DNA of 64,000 bases from an uncultured Planctomycetota bacterium (GTDB lineage Bacteria > Planctomycetota > Brocadiia > JAADGH01 > CAYPFP01): contig CAYPFP010000005.1 in the NCBI GenBank assembly GCA_964409935.1, forward strand, positions 25,640 to 89,639, given 5' to 3'. Both the position numbers and the translations under genes were made by a program. The notes beneath the pieces are model-generated. The model did not search any database, had not been told where the DNA came from, and worked only from the letters and a program-made list of their open reading frames with translations. Of this stretch, positions 50,901-59,434 are shown piece after piece. Each line of letters begins with the position of its first letter. Within the stretch, counting starts at the first letter, position 1.

Positions 50901-51688
50901 ACGCTGAGGAGGTTGGCCTTGGCCGGAATCTGGATTCGGAAGGTATCAACCTTGCCCTGAACGATGCTGTACTCGATGTTTGACTCGACGTGGAGCGTAC
51001 CCCGTCCCGCGCGCAGCAGCGTGTTCTGGGCGGCAAAAACGATCGCTTCGACCTTCTTATCGGGCGCCTTCGGAACCCAGCGAAGCGTCACCTGGTCCGC
51101 GGCGCCGCCATAGACGGTCACCAACGACGCCTTGTCACCGATGGGCTTGGTCTCAATCCCGACCTCCGGCTCCCCTTTCACCTCAATGTCTTTCGCGGGG
51201 ATCGTCAGTTGCACCATGGACTTCACGGCGGGGGGCATGGGCACGACGAGTCGCGGGTCCTTCTTGCCACCGCTTACCTTCTGAACGAAGGCAAGGCTCA
51301 GGTCGTACTTGCCCTTCTTCTCCACCAGCACTTCCACTCCCCCATCGCCCGTTCGCACCAGTCTCGCCGTCGTCCAGAAGCCGTACAGCTTGATGTCAGA
51401 CACCGCCACGGGCACGCTGAACAGACGGAGCCTTTGTATGCCGTCCTTCAGAGACTCGACTTTCAGCGACATGTCGAACTTCGCAATCTCGCCTTCAACA
51501 GCGCCGGTCGCAGTCATCTCGGAGATGACCAGGTTTACTTCCGGCGGCGGAGGGGCGGGGGGGCTGACCTTGGGCGGGGGCGCCGCCACTTCCGCCGAAG
51601 CCGCCGCACACGCTGCTACACCATACATAGCAACGCCAGGAAGGAACGACACCGCGGCGATCAAGCGATATAACCGTCGGCTACGCAT
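47963..51688 (-). CDS. 1241-aa internally repetitive, membrane-anchored protein of unknown function
   Basis: Signal peptide and a Pro-rich linker. At least 5 tandem about 190-aa modules each open with E[RT]ERGF[VL][AV]V and a LAF[RK]Y motif. C-terminal coiled coil and 2 TM helices. Confidence 0.5.
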   Translation of the reverse strand: MRSRRLYRLIAAVSFLPGVAMYGVAACAAASAEVAAPPPKVSPPAPPPPEVNLVISEMTATGAVEGEIAKFDMSLKVESLKDGIQRLRLFSVPVAVSDIKLYGFWTTARLVRTGDGGVEVLVEKKGKYDLSLAFVQKVSGGKKDPRLVVPMPPAVKSMVQLTIPAKDIEVKGEPEVGIETKPIGDKASLVTVYGGAADQVTLRWVPKAPDKKVEAIVFAAQNTLLRAGRGTLHVESNIEYSIVQGKVDTFRIQIPAKANLLSVECKDMRTWDVEGAESSRVLRIDLTGEADKSAKVVLRLELPLEKVPATFEAPSIQPLDVMRETGHIAIAALKGLQVEPKEGKDILQVDVRELPPVEPKGGDEVNLGFRYLKRPFTLMLGLSEVVAKVSAETFTQVRASVETLRLSLVVKYSIRDAGVFSFLAQVPAGVRLVDVRGENINNWQMEGNTVRVDLRAKAENAYELRFEAEADVKTPQSAEVPVIALANVERERGFVVVSAVAGIRVEVARVEGINQIDVKEVPAELGHKDGTGDLAFRYIKPGYKMALAINPLQPEVEAVVNTIVTVDEKELAMETQLNYTIRRAGLFQIRIKIPSDLKRQVVEGKEVDDESYDEAGGVLTVSLKQKQEGEYSLKLSTQKEIADILKGIQVPVISTVDTKKERGFVAVRTKASYRLKRAEGKVKGLDDIDVSELPQPFFGAPGDTALAFKYFSQPWELGLTVERVEPRVIAELFNFITVGENLMQASATAKYDILHAGVETFKLKFPADVTNVDIDGEAIKRKDEDKKENTWTITLQAKKMGQYRLFTTFQRKLDKKNAPLEYAGVQALDVERETGFLAVASRSDVELTLPDKGLSNLTPVDEREIPHEYKQGITVPILMAFKYVDHPFSIKVEWGINDPAEVTVAVMESCKLETTVTAEGNMITDFVAYVRNSRQQYLELGLPEAVEIWHAFVGGEPVSPFQEKRAAQDRTITITKLPIARAGKSISGTAEAFEVRLRFSSKLNPLHLFGVLDLECPAVNIGIMRLAWTLALPRGYDIIRDSGNLTRIERPEYFEQRLQMISADAEYAEMRRVTPAAREAAESKAMTSQAAANIAAIQRLEQQKAQAPAQHRGAGLQSIYTGKKPDLPNKFHYQGLILATDKPARIRSTYVRGALGLPAMVLMVGVVALLCYAGWRRSGKPSGVKFALLLLVALLALGARTLAEGAYGTVFMAVCVTVVAATCVLGAQDLIGVLRASRNRV

Positions 51689-51841
51689 GGGACCCCTCCT
51701 TCGTTACATAACCAACGAGTAACACACCACGGGAAGCGCCCAGACAGCGCCAATGCGGAGATTTCATCCGCCATCCGACCGCACATCCGTCGTGTCCATA
51801 CAACCTTAGACGCTGAAGGTGCCCGGCGGTTCCCCATGAGC

Positions 51842-52648
51842 CTACACCTCCACCTCCAGATTGTCGTGCGCCACGACAACGTCACACCCTCTGGCATCCT
51901 TCAACCCGGCGAAGATCTTGCGATCATCCCCGCAGAGGGACGGGTGGATATGGTTGACGATGACGCGTTTAATCCTCTCCAGGGGCAACTCGGCAAAAAG
52001 CCTCTCCGGCGGAAAATGCGCGCACTCCACGATAACGGCGTCGCATCTCTTGCCGTCGGCCCCGTTCGCCAAGCCCGCGATGTCGGCGGGGCTTCCCAGG
52101 TCGCCGGAGTAGACGACTCTCTTGCCTTCGGCTTCCAAGACAAAAGAGTAAGCCCGATGACCGTGAGGCCTGCCTTCGTCGTCTATGCGATCCCGCCCCA
52201 AGTGCGATGTGGCATGAGCCGAAACCGCGACCCTTTCGTCCCGGTAAATAGGCCCTTCACGGATCTCTTCGAGGAGCAACTTGAACGGCAACCTGCCATC
52301 CCCCATCTGCAGCGATTCAAGGTATTGACGCAGAGGCGCGACAGAATGCGCCGGCAGGTAAACCCGGAGTGAGTTGTCGGGGCGGAACCGGAACTCCGGC
52401 CCCCTGCTCTGCCAGAGCCAAGCCACCTGCAACAGCATGGGCAGGCCGCCCACGTGGTCGGCGTGACTGTGGGAAATGAAGACCGACTTGATGGAATAGA
52501 TGCTCACATTGCTGTTGTGTATCGTGGCGGCGCATGGTTCCCCCGCGTCAAGAAGGTATGACGCATCGCCCACGCCCACCAGCACGGCCTCGTTGTATCT
52601 TCCAGGCATCGGCACACCCGACGCCGAACCCAGCACGCGCAGCTTCAT
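51842..52648 (-). CDS. MBL-fold metallo-hydrolase
   Basis: HSHADHVGG motif and a beta-lactamase-fold Asp/His pattern. Confidence 0.6.
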   Translation of the reverse strand: MKLRVLGSASGVPMPGRYNEAVLVGVGDASYLLDAGEPCAATIHNSNVSIYSIKSVFISHSHADHVGGLPMLLQVAWLWQSRGPEFRFRPDNSLRVYLPAHSVAPLRQYLESLQMGDGRLPFKLLLEEIREGPIYRDERVAVSAHATSHLGRDRIDDEGRPHGHRAYSFVLEAEGKRVVYSGDLGSPADIAGLANGADGKRCDAVIVECAHFPPERLFAELPLERIKRVIVNHIHPSLCGDDRKIFAGLKDARGCDVVVAHDNLEVEV

Positions 52649-52657
52649 GGTCTCAAT

Positions 52658-54679
52658 TCACCTCTGCCAGTTCCTCAGTTCCCCTATAACCTTGATCCTG
52701 TCGCCCGCGCCACACGCCTCGTAACAGCGTTTCACCACCTCGTAGCCTTCCGGAACTTTCCCCACAAACGTTATCGGACGAGGGTGGACGAGTGCCAGAT
52801 TCTGCGGGAGATCACCCACCTTCAGGACTCCCAGGAACTCCGGCCCGCTGTTCCAGTGCGAAGCCACAGGTTCCTGCAGGACGATCTCACTAATCTGCGG
52901 ATCAAGTATGGCCGCGTAAATGGCGATCGCTGCGTTCCAGCCCCGTCCGAAAACGATTACGTCCCCCACGTTGGGCTGGCGCCGAAGGACCGCAATTGCC
53001 TGTAACAGGTCGAGAGTCTGGCGCTCAGGCAAGCTGTAACCGAGGATCGGATAGGCCCGCCGCACCGTCCATTCCAGGCCCGGTCCGATGGAGCTGTCGC
53101 CGGTCCCTCTCACAGAGACCGAAGCCATGCCCGCCTTGTCGGCAGGCAGCCCCTGCATGCCCGTCCCCTGCAGCACGTACGGCGACTGCGCCTCCGCTGT
53201 CAGAGCCGCCACCATGAGCGGAAACGGTCGAGGGCCGCGCACCGGCGTCCCCAACTCGGCTCGTATAGACAAGCCGGGTTCAGACTCAAGTTCGAAAACC
53301 CGATACTCGAAGGTTTCGCTTCTGCCAACCGACCGCACCGTGTAGGCCACAGGACCGTGTGCGGCATCCAGACTTTCCGGAATCCATCGAAACGTCGTGG
53401 TGCGCAATTTCTCGATGGCTTCCTTCTGGTAACGCTCCCAGTCAGCCTTGCTCTTGCCGTCCCATCCTGACGGCAGCGACACAAAGAGCCTATCGGCATC
53501 CTTTAGACGGTCCTCGGCTGGAGGCTTCTGGCCCGGATACACCGCAAGGTCATCGTCCTTCTCCTGCTCCTCTCGAATGTCCTCCGCCACCGACTTATCA
53601 GACCCCTTCAGATGTTTCTCAAACCAGTTGAAGATCGCGAGGCGCGTCTTCGGCGTGTACCCGTGCGGGGCGACGTCCTCGACCAGACCCAGGTTATCTT
53701 CGCAGCCGTAAAGCCGATACAACAATCTCACGCGATGGACCAGGTCGCGATATGCGTAGGGCCGCCAGAGCGTGTCCTCAGTAGCCGCCGCAACCAACAA
53801 GGACCGCGGAGCAATAAGACTTGCCACATCGGTGTAATCCCACCCGTAGGTGTTCACCCAAAAGGCGCAATCGCAGTGCCCGTCAATCGTCCGGTCGCGC
53901 ACGTGCTGATACACCGTGCCCGTCTGGCACGAAGGCGCCGCCACCTTCACGCGCTCATCCGCCGCTGCCGTAAACCACGTAATCTGCCCTCCCCCGCTGT
54001 TGCCCGTCATACCAAAGCGACTCGGATCCACATCCGAGCGCGAGGACAGGTAGTCCATGGCGCGCATGGCCGCCCAGACCTCCACGGCAGCCGGAGAGTA
54101 GCCTTGACTGTACCAGTGCCACCAACGCTTGCGGTACACTCCATGGTGAAAGCCCGCGTTCTCGCCGATTTGTATCGCGTCCAACACCATTGCGACATAG
54201 CCGTGCTCGCCGAACCAGCGCGGATGGGCCTGGTAATGACACTTAGCCCGCTGAGCGTGCCCGCACAGGTAGATCACGGCGGGCAGTCTGCCCGAAATCT
54301 CTTTTGGCCGGTACACATTTGCCGCGATGCGGCAGCCCGGCATCGGCTGGAAGTGGAGTTTTTCGACAACGTAATGACCGCGATCCAGCGTACCGGTAAC
54401 CGTCACGTGCATGTCTGTCCGCGGAGGCAGCGGGTCAAGCCCCAGCATCTCCAGCCATTGTTTCCGTTTATCGCGAAGCCGCGACTTCCACACCTCCAAG
54501 GGCGGCAACTCCGCAAGTGAACGACTCGATACCTCCTCGGCACGACGCAGAATCGAGCGATACAGCATTGTAGGCGCCTCCTGTCCATCCCCGACGCGCA
54601 GCCACAGCCCGGACATGGCCAAGCCCGCCCCGATCATGCAAACCGCCACCCATGACAACCGCATCGCCGCGCTTCTCAT
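52658..54679 (-). CDS. secreted alpha/beta-hydrolase (acetyl-xylan-esterase/AXE1-like) protein
   Basis: Signal peptide and a GNSGGG nucleophile elbow with a HG oxyanion region. At 673 aa it has two alpha/beta-like halves. The start overlaps the upstream FAD-oxidoreductase stop by 4 bp. Confidence 0.5.
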   Translation of the reverse strand: MRSAAMRLSWVAVCMIGAGLAMSGLWLRVGDGQEAPTMLYRSILRRAEEVSSRSLAELPPLEVWKSRLRDKRKQWLEMLGLDPLPPRTDMHVTVTGTLDRGHYVVEKLHFQPMPGCRIAANVYRPKEISGRLPAVIYLCGHAQRAKCHYQAHPRWFGEHGYVAMVLDAIQIGENAGFHHGVYRKRWWHWYSQGYSPAAVEVWAAMRAMDYLSSRSDVDPSRFGMTGNSGGGQITWFTAAADERVKVAAPSCQTGTVYQHVRDRTIDGHCDCAFWVNTYGWDYTDVASLIAPRSLLVAAATEDTLWRPYAYRDLVHRVRLLYRLYGCEDNLGLVEDVAPHGYTPKTRLAIFNWFEKHLKGSDKSVAEDIREEQEKDDDLAVYPGQKPPAEDRLKDADRLFVSLPSGWDGKSKADWERYQKEAIEKLRTTTFRWIPESLDAAHGPVAYTVRSVGRSETFEYRVFELESEPGLSIRAELGTPVRGPRPFPLMVAALTAEAQSPYVLQGTGMQGLPADKAGMASVSVRGTGDSSIGPGLEWTVRRAYPILGYSLPERQTLDLLQAIAVLRRQPNVGDVIVFGRGWNAAIAIYAAILDPQISEIVLQEPVASHWNSGPEFLGVLKVGDLPQNLALVHPRPITFVGKVPEGYEVVKRCYEACGAGDRIKVIGELRNWQR

Positions 54680-57390
54680 TCTCTGTAGGCCCGTATCTGA
54701 TACACCCGGGCCTCCTCGGAATTAAGGGCCTTCAAGATTTCAAGGCGCACTCTATCGGTGGTCACATCGCCGAACCGGTGCGGACGGAAACGTCGCCAGT
54801 TATCGCTCTCCGTGAAAGCCGTTTTCCACTGACCCTTCACATTATACAGCAACCGGTAGTCCTGAGCCGTCACCTCGGCTCCCGGCTTTATGGACGGAAA
54901 CCGGCCAAAGATATTGCTGTCAAAGGTCAGGTAGACCGTGTTAAGGGTGACGTTTTGCCCAAAATCAATCTCAAGCCACTGCGGAAGCCCCTTGGCGGGA
55001 TCGCTGCGCCACTGGCGGGCCTGCCCCTCCGTCGGCCAGGACATGCCGTCTACAGCCATCTCCGGCCCCAGCCGCCCCAGACGCTGCGCAGCACCGTAGG
55101 GCTTGATCACGTACGACCCCCGCACTGTAGTCCATGCGCCCGGCTTGCCATAGGTCCTGCGACCATCGCCCGCTCGACACAACCGCCAGCATAGCCTCGG
55201 ATTCGCGGCAAGCCACACAAAGTACTCCTTCCCGGGCTTCAAAGGCTCCGCCAGCTTGAAATCCACCCAACGATACCCGCCCGGCTTTACCGACGACTTG
55301 ACCACGACGGGGGGCGACACTCCCGATTCCTCCACGCTCAGGATAGCCTCCTGGACTTCATCGCCCTCCGCGCGAAGTTGGAGCGAAATCGTCTGCACAC
55401 CCGATTTGGTAACGCCAATGTATTGGCCGCGCGCCATGGTGCACGGCGCGTCCCGGTCTGGTTTAGGCTCGGTCGAGCCGAAGAACCCAAGCGAATCGTC
55501 CGCACATGAACTCGATGCCGTGGCCCTCGCCCCGCGACACAAGTCCCCCGAATCCCTGTGCGACACACCCGGAATAAACACGTCCCACTTCAGCAGAACC
55601 TGCTGCAACTCGTCTATGTGCGCCGGATAGACGCCCCGCGGTTTGGTGCCGTGCTTCCAGCATATCCATGCCGCCGCACCCACGGCCTGCCCCATAAGAC
55701 CGATGGTCTGCATGAGCCGCGTGGATCCCAAGGCCACGTGTGTGACGCTCACGTGCCTGCCGGCCAGGAACAGATTCTCCACGTCGCGCGTATATAGGAT
55801 GCGATATGGAATGCTGTATATCGTCTCAAGGTGTGTGAAAATCGCAGGCGGAACGTCCTTGCCATAGATTCCGGGCGAAGGGTGAAGGTCAATGGGCCAG
55901 CCGCCGAAAGCCACGCGGTCGGGGAAGAGAACGGCACTTTGGACGTCGTTCTGTGTCAGAACCAGATCTCCGATAAATCTCCGCGACTCGCGCTTGCCGC
56001 CGACCGTCGGCACCGGCTTCAGCCGGTAGTTTCGAACCTTGTCGCGGGTGTCCGGGTCGTGGTTCTTGGCCCAGTCGAACGCACCGAAGATAACGCGAAG
56101 CAGCTCGTCTCGGATCTCCTCGGCATCCTTGATGGTGTCGAGCATACCCCCGTACTCAATCCACCATTCCCCGCTGACCAAGTTTTTCTTGCGCTTCGTG
56201 AAATGCTCGGCGGTAAATCTCGTCGCGAACGCCGGTGCGGTGAAGGGCTGCGGCGTGTCCATGGCCACTGAGCCGTGGATGATGGATGTGCCCATTGTGT
56301 GCGGGTTTGGCTTCTCCGGGGCAAGGCTCTCGTCGTATTCGTCACGACCCTCCTGCCCGTGCCGGAACTCCGCGCCCGCGCTGAAGGCAATGGCGCCGTC
56401 ACCCGTACAGTCCGCGAAAAGAGGCGCCTTGAACAGATATCTCTTTCCACTAACGACGTTCTCAGTCTCCACTGCGACTATGCGCTTCTTGTCCTCCATC
56501 ACGGCACGAACACCCTCGGTGTTATAGAACACCGTGAGACCGGGAACGTGCTTGACCACAAGTTCAATGGCATCGGTCCAGTTCGCCACACCCTCACGGC
56601 GGAATCCCTCAGCAATCTCCTCACAAATGCCTGTTTCCCGGAAACGGCTAGTGTGTGGACAGGCCCCCCCCGGCCCCACGTTAATCTCTCTGCTCGCGTT
56701 CCCGCCCAAACAGGGCCGATTCTGAATCAGAGCCGTTTTGAGGCCCAAACGCGCTGCCTGGACCGCCGCGCAGATGCCGCCGTATCCTCCACCCACCACA
56801 ACAAAGTCGAACGCCAGCGACTCCGGCTCCTGCCTCCCCAGAATACCTTCGCGCATCCTCGCAATGCCTCCCAGATCATCGGGAGGAACATAGTCAGCCG
56901 CGGTGGTCAGAAGCACCGCATCACACCGGCCATAGTAACCCGTAAGGTCGTGCAGTCTAACCGTAGCCGGGCCCTGCTCGAGATCAAATCTGCCGCCCGA
57001 AATCCAAGCCCAGCCCTTTTTCTGTTCCCCGAACGTCGTTGCGCTCAGCACGTCATTAACGCCAACCTGGAATTTCCCCGGAGACGTCCTATCCCAGTCC
57101 TTGCAACGAACCCAGAGGTGATAGGCGCCGGAGCGGGGCACTTCGACACGCGTAACGGCATCAGCCACGGGGACACCCGTGCCGGCGGCCAGCAGATACG
57201 TAGAGCCCATCTGCTGCCGGAATTGGGCGTCCACCGTCCAACCGCCGACATCATCGAAGCGCTCGGCTTCCAGATAAAGGTATGAGTGTTCCTTATTTAG
57301 CTCAGTCGCAGCCGTCACTGTAGGCATAAACACTCCCCAGAAAGAGGCCAATACCGTCAGCCAACAGGCAACCACCATCTTCCACCTCAC
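54676..57390 (-). CDS. FAD-dependent oxidoreductase (FAD_oxidored family) with N-terminal CBM-like and C-terminal discoidin-like domains
   Basis: VVVGGGYGGICAA dinucleotide-binding motif after a 180-aa N-terminal beta-sandwich. A C-terminal F5/8 type C-like segment is present. Confidence 0.55.
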   Translation of the reverse strand: MRWKMVVACWLTVLASFWGVFMPTVTAATELNKEHSYLYLEAERFDDVGGWTVDAQFRQQMGSTYLLAAGTGVPVADAVTRVEVPRSGAYHLWVRCKDWDRTSPGKFQVGVNDVLSATTFGEQKKGWAWISGGRFDLEQGPATVRLHDLTGYYGRCDAVLLTTAADYVPPDDLGGIARMREGILGRQEPESLAFDFVVVGGGYGGICAAVQAARLGLKTALIQNRPCLGGNASREINVGPGGACPHTSRFRETGICEEIAEGFRREGVANWTDAIELVVKHVPGLTVFYNTEGVRAVMEDKKRIVAVETENVVSGKRYLFKAPLFADCTGDGAIAFSAGAEFRHGQEGRDEYDESLAPEKPNPHTMGTSIIHGSVAMDTPQPFTAPAFATRFTAEHFTKRKKNLVSGEWWIEYGGMLDTIKDAEEIRDELLRVIFGAFDWAKNHDPDTRDKVRNYRLKPVPTVGGKRESRRFIGDLVLTQNDVQSAVLFPDRVAFGGWPIDLHPSPGIYGKDVPPAIFTHLETIYSIPYRILYTRDVENLFLAGRHVSVTHVALGSTRLMQTIGLMGQAVGAAAWICWKHGTKPRGVYPAHIDELQQVLLKWDVFIPGVSHRDSGDLCRGARATASSSCADDSLGFFGSTEPKPDRDAPCTMARGQYIGVTKSGVQTISLQLRAEGDEVQEAILSVEESGVSPPVVVKSSVKPGGYRWVDFKLAEPLKPGKEYFVWLAANPRLCWRLCRAGDGRRTYGKPGAWTTVRGSYVIKPYGAAQRLGRLGPEMAVDGMSWPTEGQARQWRSDPAKGLPQWLEIDFGQNVTLNTVYLTFDSNIFGRFPSIKPGAEVTAQDYRLLYNVKGQWKTAFTESDNWRRFRPHRFGDVTTDRVRLEILKALNSEEARVYQIRAYRE

Positions 57391-57393
57391 CGG

Positions 57394-59368
57394 TCACTCC
57401 AGCCTCAGCACAGACCAAAGCCCGGCTTCAGCAACTCTAAGGACAACCCCGTCCACAGTCGTTTCCACAGCGACATCCACCGGCGCGGCGCCGGGCGCAA
57501 AAAGTTGACAACGCGAGGGCGTTCCGCCGCGTAGCAGCCCGGGCGCAAGGCGAACGGTGAAATTCCGCTGCGGCTCAACCTTGTCGGTCGCGAAATCGTA
57601 ATTCCGGTTGAGTAGATGGACGACCAAAGGCGAGTCGCTACGGCCCGCCGCCCGTCGCGGCAAGACCCAGATTCCGGTCGCCCCCTCCACACGAACCCAC
57701 GATCTGATGGCATCAAGCAGAGTTGCTGCGTCTTTCCACACAACCAGCTTTCCGCCGAGCCCGCTCTTGTCCAGCACGGCTTGCTGCGTAACATCCAAGT
57801 CGGCGTCTGATGTGATGACAATCTTCTCAAAAGCCTCAAGCGCTCTTTCGCTCAAAGTCATAGGCAAGAGATCATCCCCCGCGCCAACGAGCGCAAACGG
57901 CACGTTTGCGTTGAACAGACACTCGGCCACGGCGCCTGCGGCCTTCCTGTTCTTTCGCCAAGCCGCATGACTGAATACAACGCCCACCTGACCCACGGCA
58001 TCAAACCCGTCGAGGAGCATCGTGTTCCTGCGCACAAACTGGAAGAGGTCCGCGTAGTCCTCATCCTTCCCCTCAAAATAGTGCGTTCCCTTCGCTTCGG
58101 TGTAAGCACCATTGACGCCCCTTTGGCGCCATGAAGCAATGCCCAAAGGCACACGATTCCGCAATCCAGTACCGGACCAGGTTCACGGACTTGGTTTCCT
58201 GCGCGTATGCCCAGTCCTTGCCGCCGGCCGTAGCCGCAATCCCCCGGTCAATCATGTCGGCTCACTTGTATGTAAAGGCCGCCGACGTCCCAAACTGCTT
58301 GCTGGGGGCGTTCATGCCGATCTCGCATGAATAATGGTTCATATGCGGCATGACCACAAAGGCCTGCTGGCTTGGCGGCGCGCCATTGACGCACCGCACC
58401 AAGGGCTTTCCGCGCAGTTCCTCAGCATACTCTTGGAGTCGGCGAACCACTTCTCCCGCCGCCTTGGCCTGAAACGTCCGGAACTCCCTGTCCAGCGGCA
58501 GGCCGGGCGGAGCCCCCCACGGCTTTCTCATCAGCTCTTCGTTGCTCTTCACGTACTTGCCAAGAAGGAATCTGCCGTAGTGGAAATCGTCAAGCTTCTC
58601 GACCCCAACCGACCGCAAGGCTTCCGCGTCAACGTTAGCTGTCAAGTACTTCCGGAAGCCCTCCATGCAGTTGTCGCAGAAACACCCCCCCTTCCACAGC
58701 GATCCTGTTGTCCCGCCATAATCGTCAATATGATACCCGTCCGGCTCGCCGGTCATCGCAAGCCTGGTCCGATCCCTCAAATAGGCCTGGTACAGAGGGC
58801 TGTTGCTGCAGAACCAAAAATTGAAGCCAGTCTTGTCCTTGTACTTCTGGTCCCACAACCAGGGCACATGCACCGGCTTGCCCTCAATGTCACGGCAGAT
58901 CGCCTTCTCATATTCCGCACAACTATCAATCATGCCTCGGAATTCCGTGACCATGCCGATGCCGGCGTTGTACTGGACACCGAGGTCCTGCGCCGTCTTG
59001 ACCCGCGCCCGGAAATCTGCAATGTGCTTGGGTTCGTCGCGCCAGGCATGCCCGCCCCAGTCCACGACGGTGGCCCCATAGGCCTCATAGACTTCCTTCT
59101 GGCTGCCCCCCATGAACACAACGTCCGAGCGCTTCAGCCTTCGGTCTGCCCGCTGTTCCTGCCCCAATGCGATCCCACACACCAACCCACAAGCCACGAC
59201 CAACCACCAGCTTCCATGCATTTCAAGGCTCCCTGAGAAACACCCCGGCTCGCCCCGTCTCAAACCATCTCCCGCCATCGCTATCAAGGTATCATTGCCC
59301 GCACCGGTTCGCAACATCTTGATCCCGCTTCCGCCACCGCGTCCCAAGTATTGACTTCGACGCCCCAC
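57394..59368 (-). pseudogene. disrupted gene for a secreted glycoside-hydrolase-like protein (in-frame TGA plus a frameshift)
   Basis: The N-part ORF (59368-58262) and the ORF starting at 58255 are in the same frame, separated only by TGA (58264-58262). The C-part (58164-57394) is in a different frame, and the three pieces read as one continuous polypeptide. Confidence 0.5.
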
Positions 59369-59434
59369 ACAGACATAATCAGCTTGCGGTGGAACTCATG
59401 CTTCTTCGCACCCACCAACTGCAAGGACCCCGGC

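Noticed and set aside
53612-57285. 302-aa and 336-aa plus-strand ORFs antisense to the esterase and FAD oxidoreductase
   Set aside because: Shadow ORFs. The true genes carry a GxSxG elbow and a GxGxxG FAD motif.
58262-58264. In-frame TGA read as selenocysteine
   Set aside because: A frameshift follows 60-90 nt later, the protein is not a known selenoprotein type, and there is no convincing SECIS hairpin immediately 3'. Pseudogene or sequencing error is more parsimonious.
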